Source of the DNA: Squalus acanthias
Lineage: Eukaryota
Reading direction: 5' to 3'
Assembly (NCBI GenBank): GCA_030390025.1
Contig: CM059425.1
Span: 165,480,001-165,544,000, forward strand
DNA: 64,000 nucleotides
Part shown: positions 1 through 13,812 of the stretch, one piece after another
Layout of the letters: the number at the start of each line of letters is the position of its first letter
Numbering within the stretch: position 1 is the stretch's first letter
Made by a program: the position numbers and the translations under genes
Notes under the pieces: generated by a model
Database searches by the model: none
Told to the model about the DNA's origin: nothing
Seen by the model: the letters and a program-made list of their open reading frames with translations, nothing else

Positions 1-3000
1 GCTAATATTTTTCATGAGAACAAGTAATTACTAAGCACTAGTAATGGGTGACAGACTTCTCCTGGTATGGTGGAGTTTTTGAAGATACATTTTTCAAAAC
101 AGATATTTTACATATAAAAATAATAAAACAGGAATGAATGAAAGACCGGGACACAAATTTTTGTCAAAATGTTGTATTACATCATCTCATATTTCTGCTA
201 AGATCATACTGTAGCCTCATGTTTGCTCATACTGCTCGTACCCTTGACCAAATAATATTTAGTGTAGTCAGTCTGAGACAGGGATACACAAATAGAAGAC
301 CTGGATGCAAATCAAAACCACAAGCACTTTTTCCAGACCTCCAAAATTTCAATAGATATCACATTTTGTTTATGGTACTTCAAGTATTAGGAAACACCAT
401 GACTGTTGCCTAAAAATATATTTTCATTGCTGAACCAAGCACCGTATTGTGTTTGTGGATCTCCTAAATAGATATTGTTGTAATGCAGAATATTTTTTGC
501 ATCTCAGCTAGATTTTCAGCTTTTTAAAAGTAGTGGACTTCGCTAAAATGTATGCTTCAAGGATCCTTCAGCCTGTTGAAGGTTCAGGATACTTTTATAT
601 TACAAGGCAGTTTCCATGGCATCTGAACAAAGTTTTCATGGTTTTCTACAGCCCGATAGTTAGATTCATCAATAATACAATTGAATACTCTTGCAATTTG
701 TCTCTGTTTTCCCCCCTCACTGCATGATTGTCACCATGCATTCCTCTCCTTCAAATTTACTGGGAATTCTTTACCAGAGAATTCTCAATGTTATTTTATG
801 ATTATCCATCAGGAGATTTGATTCAAATGGGGCAAAGCAGGCTTTGTCAGTATCCTCTCTCCATCTCACTATTCTTTCTAGCAGCCTAAGAACCAACAAA
901 TCTTATCTAACACTTGTAGGAAAAAATTAGATGATCAACAATTTGGACTTCAACTTGAATTTACAACATTCTGGTCTGGAGGCAAGTTTCACTACTGAGA
1001 CACGAGAGTAAAACAAATAGAGTTTTTGTGCAACTGATTGCTGTATTTGAATGACCCAATAGTTACCGCACTGGAGACCTGAGTTCAAACTTCAATCACA
1101 GTTGAAATGTACATTCTGCCCTCCTCTGTGGGGTCAATTTCACCATTGTTGGATGGATCATCTGGGAGAAGGGATGTAAAACTGGCTGGGATGCAAGGTT
1201 CCCTTTATCTGTGGCCAACATGCACCTCCTTTTATGTTAACTGTGGAGCAGGATCAATGGCATCCATAAAAATGTCCATGGGCTAATACTTCCCATTCTG
1301 CTGACCAGGGAAGATAATCTGGACCTGAGGGGCTAACTTAAGGCAAGGGAGACAAAGAAGAGAGCAAGAAAAGACAAGAAAATATATATACTGAAGAGAA
1401 ATCTGCTGTCTCTTTAAATCCTATGCTAATTTCTATCATACACTGCAGTGCAGTTGATATGGAGCCATTTGCAGTGCTTGTTATCTTGGCTTCATTCTCA
1501 TCAGTCATTACTGTGTCAGGAAATTGTTCAAACATTTTGCGATTATGAAAAGTGCCTTGCATTCCACTCAGACACATGGGGAAATTGTCTAAGAGAAATG
1601 TTCTCAATCTGGTGCTCTGCTGGAGTGATCGTAATGGACAGAGGATAATTGATATCCCTGATTTAACATTGTTTGCTCCTAGATGGTTCTTTTTTGTCAA
1701 CTTAAGCACCATCGGGCATTGACGATGAAACCTTCCTATTATGGATCTGACCATTCATTAGAAGGATAATTTGACATCAGCTTCTCAAAGTGTTTTAATA
1801 ACACTTTCATTCTTTTTAGTCTTTGTACTTAATGACCTTTTTTATCACTGTGATCCACAACTCCTTGAATGCACCAAAGTAATTTCATATCTCTATGATA
1901 ATGCATCCATCTTAGTTGTCATTGAAGTATAGTTTTTATATAAAGAACATCATTATTCATTTCAGAGAGTATGTGAGATTATTTTCTTTCAACCACATTT
2001 TTTTTCTGCTGAGAAGCATCATTTTCTGTTTTAATAAGACTATTGCACATAGCATCTGTTAAATAAATCGTTAATTTGCTCAGAAATCATCTGTTTCTTA
2101 AAGCATTTATTGCTCTTTAAATGCAACTGTGAAAAATGCTGAACGCCTTGAAAATAGGTTCTATAGGCTTAAATGACATAGCCATGCCAAGTCGAAAAGA
2201 TTTGTACCTGGTCCAGTACATGATATATTAAGGTCTGGATCATGGAAAGTGTGAAGCTTCATGTTTGGAGTCAGTAAAGGAGGCAGCATTGGAGCCTCAG
2301 AACTGGATTAAAATCAATGCGGTAAATGTTATGTGTTGAATAAACCTCCTTTGTCCACATGAAAGTGACTATTTGCTTGTTACTATGCACTTCCAGAATT
2401 CTAACAAACCATTTTTCTCTTCTAGTTAACAGTGGTCCTCAGGTAAATGAGGAAGTGGGGTGGGGAGAGGGTTGCAATTGGTTGCCATGGGGGTAGGGGA
2501 TTAGTAGCTGGGCAAGGTGATTAGTGGCTAGAGGGGTTGGGGTAGCCCACGTTCTTTTAATGTGGGGTCAGAAGGAACACTCCACATTAAGGTAAGTCAA
2601 TTTGAAAAACTTACCTTTTTGGTTGAGGCACATAGAACTGGTTTTCCTGAGTTCAGCCAGAGTTGGTGCTGGCTGCCTCAGTGCAAACCATTCTTGCAAT
2701 GGGGACCTCAAACAGGCATTCGCGCTCCCCCCCCTTATTTGCATATGCAAAGAGGCTTACGCCTGTTTCAGGATTGGGCACTGCACACTGATTATTGGCC
2801 TTTACCAATATGGCATATGGTGCACTTCTGGCTCATAACAAGCTTGCATTTCCTGCCCGCCATATTGGAGGCTTATGTGGCTGTTTAATGCCTCATAAGC
2901 CTCCAAGGCCCAGAATCCATAATAAATGGTGAAATTAGTGAACACATTAAAAGGCATGACCTATTGGGGATAATCAGCATGGATTTGTAAAGGGCACCTC

Positions 3001-3497
3001 ATGCCAAGCCCACTGTTTTCTCAGCTTGGTGGTTATCCTATGGGATAAGAACTTCTCTCCTTTGCTGGGACTCCTCAACAGCCTTGGTTTCAAATCTCGG
3101 TGCCAAGCAGCTTCCCCAAACTCCACCTGCCACTTTCTTCCAATGATAAGCCAGTTGATGCAGCCGCCACTCCAAAGGCTGCTTTCTCTTTAAGGCCTGC
3201 AGCAGCACTCAAATTCCCACTTCCTATTGGGTGAGCGCCAAATTCAAGGCATTAGGCCTGCCTGGTGTTCAGCCACCGGAAATTACAACTGGATTCAACA
3301 ACTTTGGAGTCAGATGCTGGTCCTGGGACGATTGGGGCAGGGGTAGGAAAATCAGATCTACATTTCATTGGTAGTATGTGCATATCTCTGTTTATGGAGT
3401 TCTATTCCCTTTTAGGTCATCCTCGCTTACAACATAGGACAGTGACTGCAATTCAAAAATATTTAATTGGTTGTGAAACACTTCAGGACCTCCTTTA

Positions 3498-3816
3498 GGG
3501 CAACACGGTGGCATAGTGGTTAGCACTGTTGCCTCATAGCGCCAGGGACCCGGGTTCAAATCCGGCCTCGGGTGACTGTCTGTGTGGAGTTTGCACATTC
3601 TCCCCGTGTCTGCGTGGGTTTCCTCCGGGTGCTCCAGTTTCCTCCCACAGTCCAAAGATGTGCGGGTTAGGTTGATTTGGCTATGATAAATTGACCCTTA
3701 GTGTTAGGGGGATTAAATACGTGGGGTTACAGGGATAGGGTGGGATATGTGTCAGTGCAGGCTCGATGGGCCGAAATGGCCTCTATCTGCATTGTGGGGA
3801 TTCTGTGATTCTGTGA
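3498..3816 (+). mobile_element. HE1-type V-SINE (tRNA-derived SINE)
   Basis: tRNA-like head (A box TGGCATAGTGG, B box GGTTCAAATCC), V-domain core (GTGTGGAGTTTGCACATTCTCCCCGTGTCTGCGTGGGTTTCCTCC), and a CR1-like 3' tail (GATGGGCCGAAATGGCCT...GATTCTGTGATTCTGTGA). Confidence 0.9.
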
Positions 3817-4005
3817 AGGATGTGATGAGGCACTATGGGTAATTTTATGAGCCTGTGGTACTGACAGGGAACCTTGCTTCCTGGCAGCATTATTTAGAAA
3901 TTTAGATGTGTACTGCCTGTGATTTTCCAACCATTCTTTTTAAGGATCAGAAAATTGCTGGCAGTGCATATCTAAATTTCCAATATACTGCCGGCTGGTG
4001 TGAGA

Positions 4006-4040
4006 GTGTGTGTGTGTCTGTGTGTGTGTATAATATATAT
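4006..4040. repeat. (TG)n/(TA)n microsatellite
   Basis: Direct reading of dinucleotide runs. Confidence 0.8.
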
Positions 4041-4729
4041 TAATGAACAGAAACTTGGCACTTACACACTGTAACCCTTTAAAGCAGAAGGAGCCACTTT
4101 AATGAATAGAATCTAAACAGATGACCTGGGAATTAATAACTAATGGGAGGAAAATCTAATCTCTTCTCACTGGTTGTTCATACATTTCAACTGGACGGTT
4201 TTTAACACATGCTTGCAATTTGAAATTAGGGCCCAGAAATTCAAGTGGAGGTCTTTTGGGGGCAGATCTGAGGCAAGATGGAACTTCCACCTGCCCTGTA
4301 GTTGCTCCTCAGACCCTGTCCCAAATCCAAGAGTTATGGGCATTTGAATATTCCTGGTGGGTGCCCATGCCATTTTCAATGCCAATGGGGCATCCTCCTC
4401 AGGTGAGAAGCTGGAAATTCACTGTGGCACTTTGCCGCACCATTAGCGGGGCCCTGGGACAATAGGGAGCTAAATTTAAAACATTAAAAATGTTGCTACT
4501 TTCTCTGGAAGCCAGTTTCCTGAAAGTTATCGATCGTTCAGCACTTGATTCATTTGGGGAAACTGGCCTTTTAAATCATAAATGGGGTTAAATTTCCGTG
4601 GTGATTTTCCCAATCATCTGCCGTAACTTCAGCAGAAGATCCATGGAATCTGAGAAACGGCATTTATGCCATTCCTCCAGGGTTTACGCAGATAACTGGG
4701 AGAACCCCAACAGGCATTCCCCCCAGTTT

Positions 4730-4830
4730 GGTTGAAAAAAAAGGACACGGTCTGAAATGTTAACTTGCTTTTAACTCTGGACAGATTCTGGCTGACTGCT
4801 GTGTGTTTCCAGCATTTTCTGCTTATCTTC
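4730..4830 (+). mobile_element. Degenerate Penelope-like 3'-end remnant
   Basis: TCTGAAATGTTAACT...GACTGCTGTGTGTTTCCAGCATTTTCTG resembles the reverse complement of the young Penelope terminus at 49080-49211. Confidence 0.55.
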
Positions 4831-7461
4831 AAAAATACATTTAGATCAGACACTCACAGTGAATAGATTGTTGAGGCAACAGTTTGATGAGTACAATTGA
4901 CAGATGACTCCGTTCAGCCTTTTTCACAAAATGTTCTTAATCAATCTAAAAATGATGAAGGCTATTTGCATTACCACTATCCATGTGCATTGCCTATCAG
5001 AAGACTAACTTTGCTGCAGATCAAAGTAAGTTTCCTAAAGACATACAGTGGGCTAATTCTAACTGGTGATAACCATATACACCCAAGACAAAAAATCCTA
5101 CATCAGTGCTGGGCAGCGAGAGGCAGTGGACCAGAGCCAGACAAGGAAAGATCATGTAATAATTGCTGTAACACACATAAGTGAGGGGGAAACTGGGGGC
5201 CTAGAAAGGGGGCAAGGCCTGCAACTGGGATGCAGCAGTGGGGGTGAACGGTGGGGGGGGGGGGAGCAGGGCTGAAAGGAAGCAGGGAGGTTAAGGTTGG
5301 ATGCCAAGGGCTCTGCTGGTATGTGAGATCCTGCGAGTATGTGTGTGTTTGGGGTGGGGGAGTGCCTGTTGGCATGTGCAAGTGTGTGTGCTTGTGTGGA
5401 GTAGATCTGCTGCTGTGGGACAGTCTGCTTAGCAGGTGCAGAATGGTATTTTTGACCAAACATCAGAGAAAAAAGTTGGCAATAGCTGGAAGGCTGAGAG
5501 TGGGAATTGCAAGGCGAGCATTGGGAACGGAGAAGCTTGGAAAAAAGGATTCAGAAACTAGGCCTGAGATCGGGGCGGTGGGGGGGGCATGGGGGTGGAG
5601 AGACTGGTTACGGAAGAGAAGGATGGGCGTGGGAGCAGAGAAGCCTAGGTCAGGAATGGAGAAACTGAATTTGGGAACAAAGAGGCGAGGGTCGGAATGG
5701 AGGGATCAAGGACAGGAATGGGAGACTTAGGAACACTAGCAGCAGGTCTAGACATGGAGCAGAACACCAACTCACCAAGCAAGGTGGCAGATTCAGATTC
5801 TGGCCCCGAATTTGCACGGACCTGAATGGCACATTCTCTGCGGAAGATCATCAGGAGTTCGGTGTAAGGCCCAGGAATTATCTGGGACTCAGATACAACC
5901 AGGTCACACCAGGTTTTGGGGGATGGTGGATCATTTGGGGCAGAACCTCCTTCCCCCCCAAACAGGATCACCTGTATCATAGGGGGCATGGCTGGGAGGA
6001 GGAGATCCAAGCCAGGAGTTACCTCAGCCCTGGCCTGGCATCTGCTGGGAAGCCAGTAATCTAGGTAAAAGGAGGCGTATCGGAATCCCTGAATATTTTG
6101 GTCCTTTTTTAAAATTTAGCTGTCCCTCTTATGAAGGGGGCTGATGGAGGCTCACCTCTGCATCTTCTGGGCTGGTGGTGCCGACAGTGCCACATTTTTT
6201 TTTTGTTTGCTTATGGGATCTGGGCGTCGCTGGCAAAGCCAGCATTTATTTCCCACCTCCCTTTGCTCTGGTGGGTACCCAAAGATGTGCCCATAGAGGC
6301 ACGGCATCCGCCATAAAAATGCAGATTAGAAAAGCTCGCCCTGACCCTGGAGAGTCTGGCAAGGTCAGCAGCAGAGGTTCCGAGTGGGTGCTTCACAACA
6401 GTTATACCGGGAGTCACAGACCACGCAATTTCAGTCTCAGGCTGCATCGAAGTAATGTCCAGCAATTAAATCCTTCTCCGTGTTTGCCTCCTGTATGCCC
6501 CACTTACTGCTGCATCCCAGGGCTGCCATACGGAAGGTGACGGTAGTTCCTTGGAAGCGGCAGTAAAGCATTGAGGTCCCTCCGTGGAGGGGGAGAGTCT
6601 TGTAATGGCCTCTGTTCCCTCCAGTCATCACCTACCTGGTGAAGCCCTTGGTCTCAGTCAAGGCCTTCAAGGTTCCTCGCCAGCTCTTCACTAAAATGAA
6701 AGTTTGCAAACTGCTATTTAAAGAGACCTACTAAATGGCTTTTGCTAGTTCCTGATCTCGGGCACCTGTTTTACTTTTTACGGGCAAGGGTCGCGTTGGA
6801 GGACGGAGCCTTGCCAATCTGTGTAAAATTCAGCTGAGAGCCCTCAGGACCTTTCAGCCTATGTTTCTGACACCTGAAAGGCCCCAGAATCATGATCACA
6901 AAATCGGGTGTACGACCTTGAGCATCTGATGTGCTTCATTCGTGATTTACGATTGGAGTGTGAAGTGTATGAGGTGTTCGGGGTCCTTCGCTTGATTTTG
7001 GAAGGCTCGCCTTAGGGCTTCGCAAAATTGGGGTTTACATCACTTCGCTGAGAATCTCATTGTCATTTGTTGTCAGCTGCTGCTATTTTTAGAGATCCAA
7101 TGTTAAATGGAAGTATAAATTCACCAGATAAACAGTAGCATAAAACAGTGCAAAATAAATTAAATGTTTGTCCTAGTCATAGATAATAAAGGGGGAGAAA
7201 TTCATTATAGCCCAGGAATGGGCGGTAACTTTTGAAAAGTTTAAGAATTAGCGCCAGGTGCTAATGCTTCAGACTGCACGCAAAATTAAGTCTCATTGCA
7301 CAAAGAAAGGATTGGAGCGCTAAATCAAGCACTAATGGCCAAGCTCAGTGGTGTTAAACTCGAAGTGCTGACCAATATCAGGTGCAGGCTAATCACAGGT
7401 CATTATTGCCACAGGCTCTTTGCAGTTCTTAAAGGGGAGGATCATTGATGCTGCAGAACCT

Positions 7462-9094
7462 CATAGAATCATAGAATGGTTACAGCACAGAAGAAGGCCA
7501 TTCGGCCCATCGAGCCTGTGCCGGCTCTCTGCAAGAGCACTTAAGCTAGTCCCACTCCCCCGCCCTTTCCCCGTAGTCCGGCAAATTTCTTTCCTTCAGA
7601 TACTTTTGAAAGCAGTGATTGAATCTACCTCCACCACCCTTTCATGCAGCGCATTCCAGATCTTAACTACTCGCTGCGTAAAAAATGAATTGGAGGCACC
7701 AGCGGCGGCGGCGGGACATAAAGCAGAGAGCAGAGGAACAGCACGGATCTAATTGGAGGCGGTATCAGCGGCGGCGGGACCTTCCACGATTTCCAAAAAA
7801 AACAAGGTGTGACATCACAGGACAGCAGGCAGCTGATTGTTTGGTGGGTATTAAGGTTTTTTTTCTCTAGGACAGTGGTTTAAACTAGGAGCAGCATACT
7901 ATAACATACTGTATTAAATTTATAGCTTAACGAGTTAAACTAATTAATATAACTATAAATAATCATTGACTAAAGACTTTAACTAATTAAATAAATAAAA
8001 TTAGTCTAGAATAAGATATGGTAGGGCAGGTTGTGTGTCTGGACTGCAGTATGTGGGAGTTTGTGGACAGCGAGACTGTCCCGAGCAAACACGTCTGCAG
8101 AAGATGTCTCCATCTCGAATCTCTCCAAGAAATCCAATAGGGAATTCAGAAAAAACTTCTTTACCCAAAGAGTGGTGGAACTCGCTACCACAGGGAGTGG
8201 TTGAAGCAAATAATATTGATGCATTTAAGGGGAGGCTAGACAAGCATATGAGGGAGAAGGGAATAGAGGGTTATGCTGATAGATTTAGATGAGGAAAGAC
8301 GGGAGGAGGCTCGTGTGGAGCATAAACGCTGGCATGGACTGGTTGGGCCGAATGGCCTGTTTCTGTGCCATATATCCTATGTAATCCTATGTAATCCTAT
8401 GTTTTTTCTTATGTCACCTTTGGTTCTTTTGCCAATCACCTTAAATCTTTGTCCTCTGATTCTTGACCCTTCTGCCAATGGGAACAGTTTCCCTCTATCT
8501 ACTCTGTCCAGACCCATCATGATTTTGAACACCTCTATCAAATCTCCTCTTAATCTTCTCTGCTCCAAGGAGTACAACCCCAGCTTCTCCAGTCTATCAA
8601 CGTAACTGAAGTCCCTCATTCCTGGAATCATTCCCGTAAATCTTTTCTGCACCCTCTCTAAGGTCTTCACATCCTTCCTAAAGTGTGGTGCTCAGAATTG
8701 GACACAGTACTCCAGTTGGGGACGAACCAGTGTTTTATACAGGTTCATCATAATTTCCACACTTTTGTACTCTATACCTCTATTTATGAAGCCCAGGATC
8801 CCATAAGCCTTTTTAACTGCTTTCTCAACCTGCCCTGCCACCTTCAACAATTTGTGCACACATAGCCCCAGGTCTCTCTGTTTGTGCACCCGCTTCAGGA
8901 TTGTACCATTAGTTTATATGTCCTCTCCTCATTCTTTCTACCAAAATGTATCACTTCACACTTTTCTGCGTTAAATTTCATCTGCCACGTGTCCACCCAT
9001 TTCACCAGCCTGTCTATCTCTTCCTGAAGTCTATCACTCTCCTCCTCACTGTTCACTATACTTCCAAGTTTTGTGTCATCTGCAAATTTTGAAA
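7462..9094 (-). mobile_element. CR1/HER1-type LINE, 5'-truncated, interrupted by 7688-8400
   Basis: Tail CATAGAATCATAGAA at 7462. RT C-terminal peptides (LERVQKRFT..RRLRGDLIEVFKI; RPQLEYCVQF) in ORFs 8377-8670 and 8692-8889; SKFADD near 9075-9094. Confidence 0.9.
7688..8400 (+). mobile_element. Internally deleted CR1 derivative (5'UTR + ORF1 N-terminus fused to 3' end)
   Basis: GC-rich duplicated 5' unit. ATG at ~8018 reads MVGQVVCLDCSMWEF...HVCRRCL (a Cys/His motif like the CR1 ORF1 N-terminus), joined at ~8130 to the CR1 ORF2 end (WNSLPQGVVEA) and a (CCTATGTAAT) tail. It splits the host LINE at ATG/ATG. Confidence 0.7.
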
Positions 9095-10677
9095 CATCAT
9101 TCTCATCATTGCTGGCAGTGCAGCCATCTCAGCCAGCAGCAGCAGGTCAAGGAGAAGGAGCCGGACGACTCAAGCAGACGTAATGATGGCAGATCCACAC
9201 CCCAGGGAGAGAGCCCACAGATTCTGCGACCATGCATTGGAGGCGTTGGTGTTCGCAGCGGAAAGACGGAGGGTGGTGCTCTACCCAGCAAGTGGCAGGA
9301 GGCCCTCGTCGCAAGTCTTCTGCACCATGTGCAAGGAGGAAGCCTAGCAGGTCTTGGGTAGTACTGTGGTCCACAGGACCCACACACAGTGCAGGAAGAA
9401 ATTTAACGACTTCACTTGGGTGGTCAGGGTGAGTCAATGCTTCAACACATGCTACATACCACCATCTGAACCACAACCGTCACACACTGCACAAAGCACC
9501 ACACCCCCAGCACTCTACCTACCAACACTCACACCTTGCACACAATCACAGCTATTCAACTATGGCAGGCACATCACCCAGACATATTGCTCCACACTCA
9601 CTGACACACTTTCCTTTCTCTTGCAGGAGGGACAGGAGCGCACAGGCGGGGGACAAGCTGACACCCAACCTCTGTCTGAGCTGGAGACTTGAGTGTTGCA
9701 CATTATTGGGCGCCAGGTGGTGGGCCCCGTGGCCACTGGCGACGTTGACCCCCTTGGGGACAACAACGGTATATTCATCCCTACTCCTTCCTCTCACATC
9801 CCACTTCCCCCTCACCCCACAAGCGTTCTGCACTTTCCAGCTAATCATGCTGTATGCATGCATTTCTCCCTTACTGCCCCCCTCCCCTCACCTTAACCCA
9901 ACTCTTGTGCCTTTATGCTTTCAGATAATCAGCAAGCACCTGAGCAGCCTATCCCTGAGGGTACCGTTGAGAGCGAGGCGGGAGAAGAGGAGGAGGAAGA
10001 ACACACTGCTTCACTGCATGTCTCACCCGCAGGCATCAGCTCAGATACTGGCACGATGCGTTCCTTCGAGGCTAGTATAGTAGCGGGATCTGCACAGGGT
10101 AATGCACCGGGGACGAGCGAGCTGTAGCAAGGCCAGGGGGAAATGGTATCTTGGGGGCCAGCTCCCTGGAGGGCGAGTTTGCACACGAGTTCTGCTGCAC
10201 AGGACTCGGATGAGGACCTCAATGGGGAGGCCTTTAGAAAAAGGGTGATGGGCATGCACACGGAGGTCATAGGTGCAATGGCAAGGGTGCCTGAGAGCCT
10301 CTCGGCAATGGTAAGGAGCATGGAGGAGTCCACCTCCAACATTGCACAGAGCTCTGCGCACACCATGGAGCCCATCATTTCCAGTCTGCAAAGGATGGTG
10401 GACTCCCAGAGAGACCGTGGCAACCCAGACCTGATGGCGCGTGTGATGGGCCATCTGGCAGCTTCCATTGCAGCACAGGTGGAAGTCACACAACATCTTA
10501 GCGCTGTAATGCAGTCTATGCTTGGTGGCATTCAATCTCAGGCTGCTCTCATGCAATCTCAGCTTGATGCAATGCAAGCTCTGACTGCTGCCATCGTGGC
10601 TGGGTCTACCACCGTCAACCGGGGCTTTCACGGTGTCACAGCAGGCCAGCAATCTGTACTGCAACAGATTGCTAGTG

Positions 10678-13600
10678 ATAAGAACATAAGAAATAGGAGC
10701 AGGAGTAGGCCAATCGGCCCCTCGAGCCTGCTCCGCCATTCAATAAGATCATGGCTGATCTGATCCTAACCTCAAATCTAAAGAACACAAGAAGTAGGAG
10801 CAGGACCCGGCCACTCAGCCCCTGGGCCCGCTCCGCCACCCACAGGGCCTTGACCGATCCGAACTCAGCCTCATGTCCAATTTCCTGCCCGCTCCCCGTA
10901 ACCCTTAATTCCCTTTACTTCTAGGAAACTGTCTATTTCTGTTTTAAATTTATTTAATGATGTAGATTCCACAGCTTCCTGGGGCAGCAAATTCCACAGA
11001 CCTACTACCCTCTGAGTGAAGAAGTTTCTCCTCATCTCAGTTTTGAAAGAGCAGCCCCTTATTCTAAGATTATGCCCCCTAGTTCTAGTTTCACCCATCC
11101 TTGGGAACATCCTTACCGCATCCACCCGATCAAGCCCCTTCACAATCTTATATGTTTCAATAAGATCGCCTCTCATTCTTCTGAACTCCAATGAGTAGAG
11201 TCCCAATCTATTCAACCTCTCCTCATATGTCCACCCCCTCATCCCCGGGATTAACCGAGTGAACCTTCTTTGTACTGCCTCGAGAGCAAGTATGTCTTTT
11301 CTTAAGTATGGACACCAAAACTGTATGCAGTATTCCAGGTGCGGTCTCACCAATACCTTATATAACTGCAGCAATACCTCCCTGTTTTTATAATCTATCC
11401 CCCTAGCAATAAAAGCCAACATTCTGTTGGCCTTCTTGATCACCTGCTGCACCTGCATACTAACTTTTTGATTTTCTTGCACTAGGACCCCCAGATCCCT
11501 TTGTACTGCAGTACTTTCCAGTTTCTCGCCATTAAGATAATGGCCCAGAAATTAATGACGGAGCCTTCGTGCGGGGGTAAGGCTTCCCCGCGATATCTCA
11601 CTGCGCGCCTGCCTTTTCATTCCGAGCTCGCACGAACTTGATTTTCTAGACAGCAGCTGTGCAGTGCTTCCGTATCCCACAGGCGCAGTTAATTCATGCG
11701 AGCTGTGGGATCACGTGATTCAATTAGAGCCAATGGCAGCACACCATCTTTCATTCATAGTTTTCACAGCAAGTGCTGTGAAAGCTATGAATCTATACCC
11801 CCTCAAAAGAACAGCTAAACCTCAATTAAATTTTTTTTAAAACCATCACATTAATAAAATAAGTATAGTTAAATAAATTAACCACTTTAAACAAAAAATT
11901 AAATTTTTGAAAAATTTAAAATCTTTTAAAAAGTTATAAAAATAAACTTACCTTTCTTTAAAGTCTCTAAAAAAGATATACCTGTTGAAAAAAATTCAAA
12001 ATAATACTTAATTAACTACTTACCTTATTAAAAGAGGGTCTTACGCCTCCTTTCTTTATGTGCAAAATCTTCCATGCTTACCTGCGCGTTCAAAGCACGA
12101 AGTGCACTGCGTGCGCGCAGCCTGTAGCGCGCACGCGGTTCACCTAGGAACCGCCCCCTTTTGAAATCACCAAGTGCCGGTTTTCAGCGCAGTGCGTACT
12201 CTCGCGTAGAGACACTCATTTTTGGGCCAATAACTTGCTCTCTGATTTTTCCTGCCAAAGTGCATAACCTCACATTTTCCAATATTGTATTGCATCTGCC
12301 AAGTCTCCGCCCACTCACCCAGCCTGTCTATATCCCCTTGTAGGTTTTTTATGTCCTCACTTTCTACTTTCCCTCCCATCTTTGTATCATCTGCAAACTT
12401 TGATATGTTACACTCGGTCCCCTCCTCCAAATCGTTAATATAGATTGTAAAGAGTTGGGGACCCAGCACCGACCCCTGCGGAACACCATTGGCTACTGGT
12501 TGCCAGTCCAAGAATGAACCATTTATCCCAACTCTCTGCTTCCTGTTAGATAACCAATCCTCCACCCATGCCAGAATATTACCCCCAATCCAATGATTTT
12601 TTATCTTGAGCAATAATCTTTTATGTGGTACCTTGTCGAATGCCTTCTGGAAGTCTAAATACACTACGTCCACTGGTTCCCCTTTATCCACCCTGTACGT
12701 TATGTCCTCAAAGAACTCAAGCAAATTTGTCAGACATGACTTCCCCTTCATAAAGCCATGCTGACTTTGTCCTATTAAATTATGTTTATCTAAATGTTCC
12801 GTTACTGTCTCCTGTAATAGACTCCAAAATTTTACCCACCACAGATGTTAGGCTAACTGGTCTATAATTTCCAGCCTTCTGCCTACTACCCTTTTTAAAT
12901 AAGGGTGTTACATTAGCAGTTTTCCAATCTGCCGGGACCTTTGCTGAGTCCAGGGAATTTTGGAAAATTATTACCAAAGCATCCACAATCCCAACTGCCA
13001 CTTCCCTCAAGACCCTAGGATGTAAGCCATCAGGTCCAGGGGATTTATCCGCCTTGAGTCCCATTATTTTACTAAGTACCAATTCCTTAGTGATTTTAAG
13101 CGTATTTAGTTCCTCCCCTCCTAGAACCCCCTGTTTGCCCTGTTTGTCCAGTGTTGGGATATTCTTAGTGTCCTCTACCGTAAAGACTGAAACAAAATAT
13201 TTGTTCAGCATTTTTGCCATCTCCATGTTTCCCACCATTAATTTCCCGGTCTCATCCTCTAAGGGACCTACGTTTGTCTTAGCCACCCTTTTTCTTTTTA
13301 TATAACTATAGAAACTCTTGCTATCTGTTTTTATATTTTTTGCTAATTTATGTTCATAATCTATCTTCCCTTTCTTAATCAATCCTTTAGTTACTTTTTG
13401 CTGTCTTTTGAAGACTTCCCAATCTTCTATCCTCCCACTAAGTTTGGCTACCTTATATGTCCTTGTTTTTAGTCGGATACTATCCTTAATTTCTTTACTT
13501 AGCCACGGATGGCTGTCATTTCTTTTACACCCTTTTTTCCTCAGTGGAATATATTTTTTTTGAAAGTTGTAAAATAACTCCTTAAATGAACACCACTGCT

Positions 13601-13812
13601 CATGTACCGTCTTACCCTTTAATCTATTTTCCCAGTCCACTTTAATCAATTCCACTCTCATACCATCATAGTCTCCTTTATTCAAGCTCAGTACGCTTGT
13701 TTGAGAACCAACCTTCTCACCCTCTAATTGGATATGGAATTCAACCATGTTATGGTCACTCATTCCAAGGGGATCCTTAACTAGGACATTATTAATTAAT
13801 CCTGACTCATTG
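10678..13812 (-). mobile_element. CR1-type LINE (5'-truncated ORF2: end of endonuclease + RT), interrupted by MITE 11542-12228
   Basis: ORFs 12786-13763 (SDHNMV..KSPGPDG..NYRPVSLTS), 12167-12751 (LDFQKAFD, GVPQGSVLGP, FADD) and 10871-11482; tail ATAAGAACATAAGAA. Confidence 0.95.
11542..12228. mobile_element. Harbinger-type MITE (GGCCC-end family)
   Basis: TIRs GGCCCAGAAAT / ATTTTTGGGCC and TSD AAT/AAT; removing it restores the CR1 sequence ...AAGATAATAACTTG. Confidence 0.85.

Noticed and set aside
3498..3570. tRNA gene-like sequence (also 38895-38965)
   Set aside because: These are tRNA-derived SINE heads continuing into SINE bodies; no complete cloverleaf or terminator.
5100..6010. Overlapping 100-160 aa ORFs
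   Set aside because: G-rich low-complexity repeat interior with no domain motifs.
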